A stretch of DNA of 64,000 nt from Pyrinomonadaceae bacterium (GTDB lineage Bacteria; Acidobacteriota; Blastocatellia; Pyrinomonadales; Pyrinomonadaceae). Position numbers and translations under genes: made by a program. A model generated the notes under the pieces. It did no database searches, was not told where the DNA came from, and saw only the letters and a list, made by a program, of their open reading frames with translations. Positions 59,167-64,000 of this stretch are shown one piece after another. Each line of letters starts with the position of its first letter. Position 1 is the first letter of the stretch. The stretch spans positions 684,340 to 748,339 of the forward strand of contig JBKBYA010000001.1 of assembly GCA_046313635.1 (NCBI GenBank). The letters are read 5' to 3'.

Positions 59167-60272
59167 CGGATCTGCACCAGCGGCTTGTCCTCAACCAGCG
59201 ACTTTGCGGCCGAGCCTTCTGAGCGAAGCTTTTCGACCTCTTTTACAAACTCCTCGACGATGTCCTCGCCGGCGACGCGCCGCATCGGGACGCCGTCCTT
59301 GAAGATCATCCCGACATTTCGCCCGAACGTGATGCCGAGCTGCGAGTCGTGCGCCTCGCCTGGGCCGTTGACGGCGCAGCCCATGATCGAGAGGTGAAGC
59401 GGCTCCTCGACGTGAGCAAGACGACGCTCGACCTCGGTCACGATCTCGACAAAATTATCGATATCGAGCCGTCCGCAGGTCGGACAGGCGACGACGGTGA
59501 CGCCGCGTTTGCGAAGCTCGAGCGATTTGAGAATCTCCCACGCGACTCGGACCTCTTCGTGAGGCTCGGCCGCGAGCGAAACGCGGATCGTGTCGCCGAT
59601 GCCCTCGTGCAGCAAAATTCCGAGACCAATCGCGGATTTGATCGTCCCGCCGAATGGCGTGCCCGCCTCGGTCACGCCGAGATGCAAAGGATAGTCGACC
59701 TTCTCGGCCATCAGGCGATAAGCGGCGACCATCCGGTTGACATCCGACGCCTTGAGCGAGATGACGATGTCGCCAAAGCCGAGATCTTCGAGGATGCGGA
59801 CGTGACGCATTCCGCTCTCGACCATCGCTTCGGGCGTCGCGGAGCCGTACTTTTTGAGCAGGTCTTTCTCGAGCGAGCCGCCGTTGACGCCGATGCGGAT
59901 CGGCACCTTTTGCGCTTCGGCGGCGCGGACGACCTCGCGAACGCGTTCGATCGAGCCGATGTTGCCCGGATTGATGCGCAGCTTGTCGATGCCGGCCTCG
60001 AGAGCTTTGAGCGCGAGCTTGTAGTGGAAATGGATGTCGGCGACCAGCGGAGCGTCGGTTCGTTTGCGGATCTCTTTGAGCGCTGCGGCCGCGGCGTCGT
60101 CAGGCACGGCGATGCGTACGATCTCGCATCCCGCCTCGACCATCTGCTCGATCTGTCTGAGCGTGCCCTCGACGTCGGTCGTGTCGGTCTTGGTCATCGA
60201 CTGGACCGTGACCGGAGCTCCGCCGCCGATCTGCAGCCCGCGAACTTTAACTGCTCTGCTTGCTCGTCGCAT
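59163..60272 (-). CDS. ispG: HMBPP synthase
   Basis: QSMT, ADIHF, RINPGN, RIGVN.GSL, HLGVTEAG, CPTCGR, GCAVNGPGE. Confidence 0.96.
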   Translation of the reverse strand: MRRASRAVKVRGLQIGGGAPVTVQSMTKTDTTDVEGTLRQIEQMVEAGCEIVRIAVPDDAAAAALKEIRKRTDAPLVADIHFHYKLALKALEAGIDKLRINPGNIGSIERVREVVRAAEAQKVPIRIGVNGGSLEKDLLKKYGSATPEAMVESGMRHVRILEDLGFGDIVISLKASDVNRMVAAYRLMAEKVDYPLHLGVTEAGTPFGGTIKSAIGLGILLHEGIGDTIRVSLAAEPHEEVRVAWEILKSLELRKRGVTVVACPTCGRLDIDNFVEIVTEVERRLAHVEEPLHLSIMGCAVNGPGEAHDSQLGITFGRNVGMIFKDGVPMRRVAGEDIVEEFVKEVEKLRSEGSAAKSLVEDKPLVQIR

Positions 60273-60285
60273 TCTTAATAAAGCG

Positions 60286-61683
60286 TCACTTCGCCCCGCC
60301 GAAGCTCGACGCGATCCTTGAAAAATCGAGGAAGAGCACAAAGACCATCAGCAGCAGGATCACCGCCAGGCCGGTCAGCTGGATGCGCTCCTTCGCGACC
60401 ATCGACAGCGTGCGGCCAAAGAGCGACATCACCTTGTCGATGCCGAGCACTAGTATCTGCCCGCCGTCGAGCATCGGGATCGGCAAGAGGTTAAAGACGC
60501 CGAGGCTTATGCTGATCAGACCGAGGATCATAAAAAATCCTTCGATGCCGAGCGAGCGCGTGACCTCGGCCGACTGCTGAAAGATCCCGACAGGTCCGCC
60601 GATGCCCGAATCCTTGACCGAGCGTTGGCCCGCAAAGACCTGTCCGAGCACGGCCCCCGTCGCCTTGAGCTGGTCCCAGTTCGTCTGGAAGGCAAACGCC
60701 ACGGCCGACGAGAGCGACGCGGGCTCGCGCGGCATCTCGGGCCGCGTCAGCACGACGCCGAGCTTCTCGGTACCGTCCTCGAGCTTGCGGACGGTGGCGG
60801 TGACGTTGACGATGCTGCCGCCGCGCTCGAGCGCGATCTGGATCGGCTCGGCCTTGTACTTCTGGATCATCGCCGTCGCCTGCGCGGGGTTGCGGGCCGG
60901 CTCGCCGTTCATCGAGATGATGCGGTCGCCCTGCTGGAGTCCTGCATCCTGCGCGGCGGAGTTTGGGCTCACCGCCCCGACGACGACCGGCACGCTGCCG
61001 CTGTCGGGCTCGGCATCGATAAAGCCTGCATTCTGCCCAGCGATGACGGTCTGCTTGCGCGGCGTGATCTGGAGCTGAAGCCGCTGGCCGCCGCGCTCGA
61101 CCGTGAGCGGAAGCGTCTGCTCGGGATTGATGCCGGCCTGAAGCTCGATCGTCCGCCACGTCGGGTCCTGAATGCCGTTGAAGGCGACGATGCGGTCGCC
61201 GACCTGAAGACCCGCCTGCGCCGCCGGGCCGTCCGGCTTGATCGAGCCGATGACCGGCGCGGGCACGGCCGGGATCCCCTGGATAAAGGCCGCGGCAAAC
61301 GGTATCGCGAGCGCGAGCACGATGTTCATAAAAGGCCCGCCGACCATCACCAAAAACTTTTGCCACCGCGGCCGAAGCTCGTACAGCTCCGACTCGGGCA
61401 CCTTCTCGGTCGTTTCGTCCTTGCCCTCGAGCGGCCCCGTCGCGTCGTCGCCGTAGAGCTTTACGTACGCCCCGAGCGGTATCGCGCTGATGCGGTAATC
61501 CGTATGGCCGCGCTTGAATCCCCAGATCCTCGGCCCGAGCCCGAAGAACGAGTACGCCTCGACGCGCATACCGAAGAGCTTGGCGACGATAAAGTGGCCA
61601 AACTCGTGAATGTTCACCGCGATCCCGAGCACCAACAGGGGGATCAGGACGTAGTAAAAAGCGATCGAAAGTATGCTCTCCAT
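60286..61683 (-). CDS. rseP: RIP metalloprotease with two PDZ domains
   Basis: HEFGH, IPLGAYV, NLLPIPMLDGG. Confidence 0.93.
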   Translation of the reverse strand: MESILSIAFYYVLIPLLVLGIAVNIHEFGHFIVAKLFGMRVEAYSFFGLGPRIWGFKRGHTDYRISAIPLGAYVKLYGDDATGPLEGKDETTEKVPESELYELRPRWQKFLVMVGGPFMNIVLALAIPFAAAFIQGIPAVPAPVIGSIKPDGPAAQAGLQVGDRIVAFNGIQDPTWRTIELQAGINPEQTLPLTVERGGQRLQLQITPRKQTVIAGQNAGFIDAEPDSGSVPVVVGAVSPNSAAQDAGLQQGDRIISMNGEPARNPAQATAMIQKYKAEPIQIALERGGSIVNVTATVRKLEDGTEKLGVVLTRPEMPREPASLSSAVAFAFQTNWDQLKATGAVLGQVFAGQRSVKDSGIGGPVGIFQQSAEVTRSLGIEGFFMILGLISISLGVFNLLPIPMLDGGQILVLGIDKVMSLFGRTLSMVAKERIQLTGLAVILLLMVFVLFLDFSRIASSFGGAK

Positions 61684-61758
61684 AAGGTGAACCGGTATGA
61701 CGCCGAGCCCCGTAAAGGCGTTGTAAGAATAAAGTTTAAGTGCCGCAAAAGAGGTGCG

Positions 61759-62955
61759 TCAAACCTGTCTTGCCGGTTGCGCCGAGACCGCGGCATCATG
61801 CCTCGCGAGCCCGGCCGCCGCGTCTCTCGCCCACTTGTCGGCGGCGATGATCGCGTCGAGCCCGTCGGCATCAGAGGCCCGGTGCTGCCGCATCACGGCC
61901 TCGTTGATACGCGCGATGTCGGGGAAAGTTATTTCGCCGTCCAGGAACGCGCGGACGGCGATCTCGTTGGCTGCGTTCAGCACGGCGGGCATCGTGCCGC
62001 CCGTGCGCAGCGCCTCGAATGCGAGACCGAGACAGGGAAAGCGCTCGAGGTCCGGCTCTTCAAACGTCAGGCTGCCGAGCCGCGCGAGGTCGAGCGGCGG
62101 CAGGCAGTTCGGCTTCCGGTCGGGATAAGTCAGAGCGTACTGGATCGGGTGCTTCATATCGGTCACGCCCATTTGCGCGATGACCGAACCGTCAACCAAC
62201 TCGACCATCGAATGAACGACCGACTGCGGGTGCACGATCACCGAGATGCGATCGGCATCGAAACCGAAGAGCCACTTTGCCTCGATCACCTCGAGGCCCT
62301 TATTCATCAGCGTCGCTGAGTCGATCGTGATCTTTTCGCCCATCTTCCAGTTCGGATGATCGAGCGCCTGCTCGCGTGTCGCGGCCTGGATCTCGGTCTT
62401 TGTTCTCGTACGAAACGGCCCGCCCGACGCCGTCAGGATCAGACGGCGGACCTCGCTCTTCCGCTCGCCTCGCAGGCACTGGTGAATGGCGTTGTGTTCG
62501 GAATCGACGGGCAGGATCTCGGCTCCCGATCTTTCTGCCGCGCGCGTCATCAGCTCGCCGGCCATGACGAGCGTTTCTTTATTGGCGAGAGCGATGCGCT
62601 TGCCGGCCTCGATCGCGCGCAGCGTCGGTACAAAGCCGACCGCGCCGACCGTCGCCGAGACCACCGTCTCCGCATTTTCGTCGGTCGCGACCGCGACCAG
62701 ACCGGCCTCGCCGAGCTCGATCCGCGGCATCGTCGAGACGGCGCGTCGGTGGAGTTCCGCTTCGAGTTCGGCCGCAGAACTTTCGTCGCCGACCGACACG
62801 AGCTCGGGCCGGTATCGCTCGATCTGCTCGGCAAACTTCAAGATGTTTCGCCCGGCAGCCATCGACGACACGCGAATGTCGCCGAGGTGATCGACCACAT
62901 CGAGTGTGCTGCAGCCGATCGAGCCGGTAGAACCAAGGATCGAGATCGATTTCAT
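61759..62955 (-). CDS. dxr: 1-deoxy-D-xylulose 5-phosphate reductoisomerase
   Basis: LGSTGSIG, LANKE, PVDSEH, HPNW.MG.KITIDSA, NAANE. Confidence 0.97.
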   Translation of the reverse strand: MKSISILGSTGSIGCSTLDVVDHLGDIRVSSMAAGRNILKFAEQIERYRPELVSVGDESSAAELEAELHRRAVSTMPRIELGEAGLVAVATDENAETVVSATVGAVGFVPTLRAIEAGKRIALANKETLVMAGELMTRAAERSGAEILPVDSEHNAIHQCLRGERKSEVRRLILTASGGPFRTRTKTEIQAATREQALDHPNWKMGEKITIDSATLMNKGLEVIEAKWLFGFDADRISVIVHPQSVVHSMVELVDGSVIAQMGVTDMKHPIQYALTYPDRKPNCLPPLDLARLGSLTFEEPDLERFPCLGLAFEALRTGGTMPAVLNAANEIAVRAFLDGEITFPDIARINEAVMRQHRASDADGLDAIIAADKWARDAAAGLARHDAAVSAQPARQV

Positions 62956-63109
62956 AAGGCGCCGACGAAGCTAGAGATTATCACAGCGGTGGAGGCGGTA
63001 CGAGATCGAGTCCCGCCTCAAACGGGTTGCTCGAAGGCCGGTCGAAAGTCTTGATTTGTTCGGTTCGTGCCGTCAGATCCGATAAGCGCCGGCTTGAGCC
63101 GCGGCGAGA

Positions 63110-63721
63110 TCACTCTTGATCTTTTGCTTTTGTGAACTCGAGCGGAGCTTCCATTCGGTCCGCGGCCGCGCCGGCAGGCTCGCGCTCGGCAAGGAATTTG
63201 TTGAATTCGGCCGAGCGGTTTCGCGGGATGCTGAGCGAGCGCCATTCGGCGGACCTGAAATGCTTGGCGAGCAGGACGATCTGCCCGACGTGATACGCGT
63301 AATGCGTCAGTTGTCGATCGATCGCCTCGACGATCGAATGTTCTTGACCGCGGATCGTGACCTTGCGCGAAAAGTCCTCGATCGTCAGCGGCCCGAGATT
63401 ATCGAAGAGCGTCTGCCACCCGCGCTCCCAAAACTCCATCAGCGCCTCGAGCGTGTCGCCGTCGCCGACCTCAAATTCCGCGTCGCGGTTGCGATCGGGC
63501 TTTTCGCCGTCGGTCGTTAAAAAGTCGCGCCAGCGCGAAACCAGATTCCCCGCGATGTGCTTGACGATCACGGCGATCGAATTGGCCTCGTCGTCGATCG
63601 CCGCAAAGAATTCTTCATCTGAGACCTGCTCGATCGCACGCTCGGCCAGCTTCTTGTAATTCCGAAACGACTGCAGCGCGTCGGCGTGGTAATTGGAGAT
63701 AAATTCGCCGTTCATTTCCAT
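63110..63721 (-). CDS. DUF1572 (DinB-like) protein
   Basis: NSIAVIVKHIAGN..SRW.DFL..DGEK..RNRD.EF; HYAYHVGQI. Confidence 0.85.
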   Translation of the reverse strand: MEMNGEFISNYHADALQSFRNYKKLAERAIEQVSDEEFFAAIDDEANSIAVIVKHIAGNLVSRWRDFLTTDGEKPDRNRDAEFEVGDGDTLEALMEFWERGWQTLFDNLGPLTIEDFSRKVTIRGQEHSIVEAIDRQLTHYAYHVGQIVLLAKHFRSAEWRSLSIPRNRSAEFNKFLAEREPAGAAADRMEAPLEFTKAKDQE

Positions 63722-63794
63722 TGTTGATCTTCGGAATAACTAATAACTGATAAGTGATAAGTGATAACTGATTCGAGGCCGGCGTTCTCAGTTG

Positions 63795-64000
63795 TCACTT
63801 ATTCCGGAGCTGCTGCCTGATCGCTCCCGCCGCGTCGGCTCGGGCGATCGATCGTTGTTCTCCGGTCTTGAGGTCTTTGAGTGACACTTTTCCCTCGGCA
63901 ATTTCGGTCTCGCCAACGACAGCGACGGACCTGACCTTGAGAGAATCGGCGTATTTGAACTGCTTGCCGAGCTTATCGGCCTCGGGATAGAGGAGCACGC
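63795..64000 (-). CDS. hisS: Histidine--tRNA ligase C-terminal end (partial)
   Basis: KLGKQFKYAD...VVGE.E...G.V.LKDL.TGEQ anticodon-binding domain. Confidence 0.75.
   Translation of the reverse strand, partial: VLLYPEADKLGKQFKYADSLKVRSVAVVGETEIAEGKVSLKDLKTGEQRSIARADAAGAIRQQLRNK

Overview
GC-rich bacterial chromosome segment. The gene style (FG-GAP, TonB-C, PKD-like and TPR secreted proteins, futalosine mqnD) suggests Acidobacteriota, probably Blastocatellia/Pyrinomonadaceae; this is an inference. Most of it is housekeeping: a fadN-fadA-fadE beta-oxidation cluster, rsmE, heptose hldA/hldC, cmk, ltaE, rpiB, larB, ubiX, mqnD, plsC, miaA-hfq-tmk-holB, dxr-rseP-ispG, the end of hisS, and tRNA-Arg(UCU) and tRNA-His. 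There are two accessory zones. The first (about 14.1-23.3 kb) is a LuxR-type regulator facing a cluster of mostly secreted proteins. The second (about 52.0-54.5 kb) is a decayed integron followed by the most striking item: a close R.HinP1I-type restriction endonuclease homologue with an N-terminal Sec signal peptide and no adjacent methyltransferase, i.e. a candidate exported restriction-like nuclease. Also seen: three small membrane ORFs missed by the ORF track, a Bacillus FadR-like operator, sigma54 and ECF promoter motifs, and several REP-like palindrome families. All calls come from reading the sequence and recalled family motifs; no searches were run.
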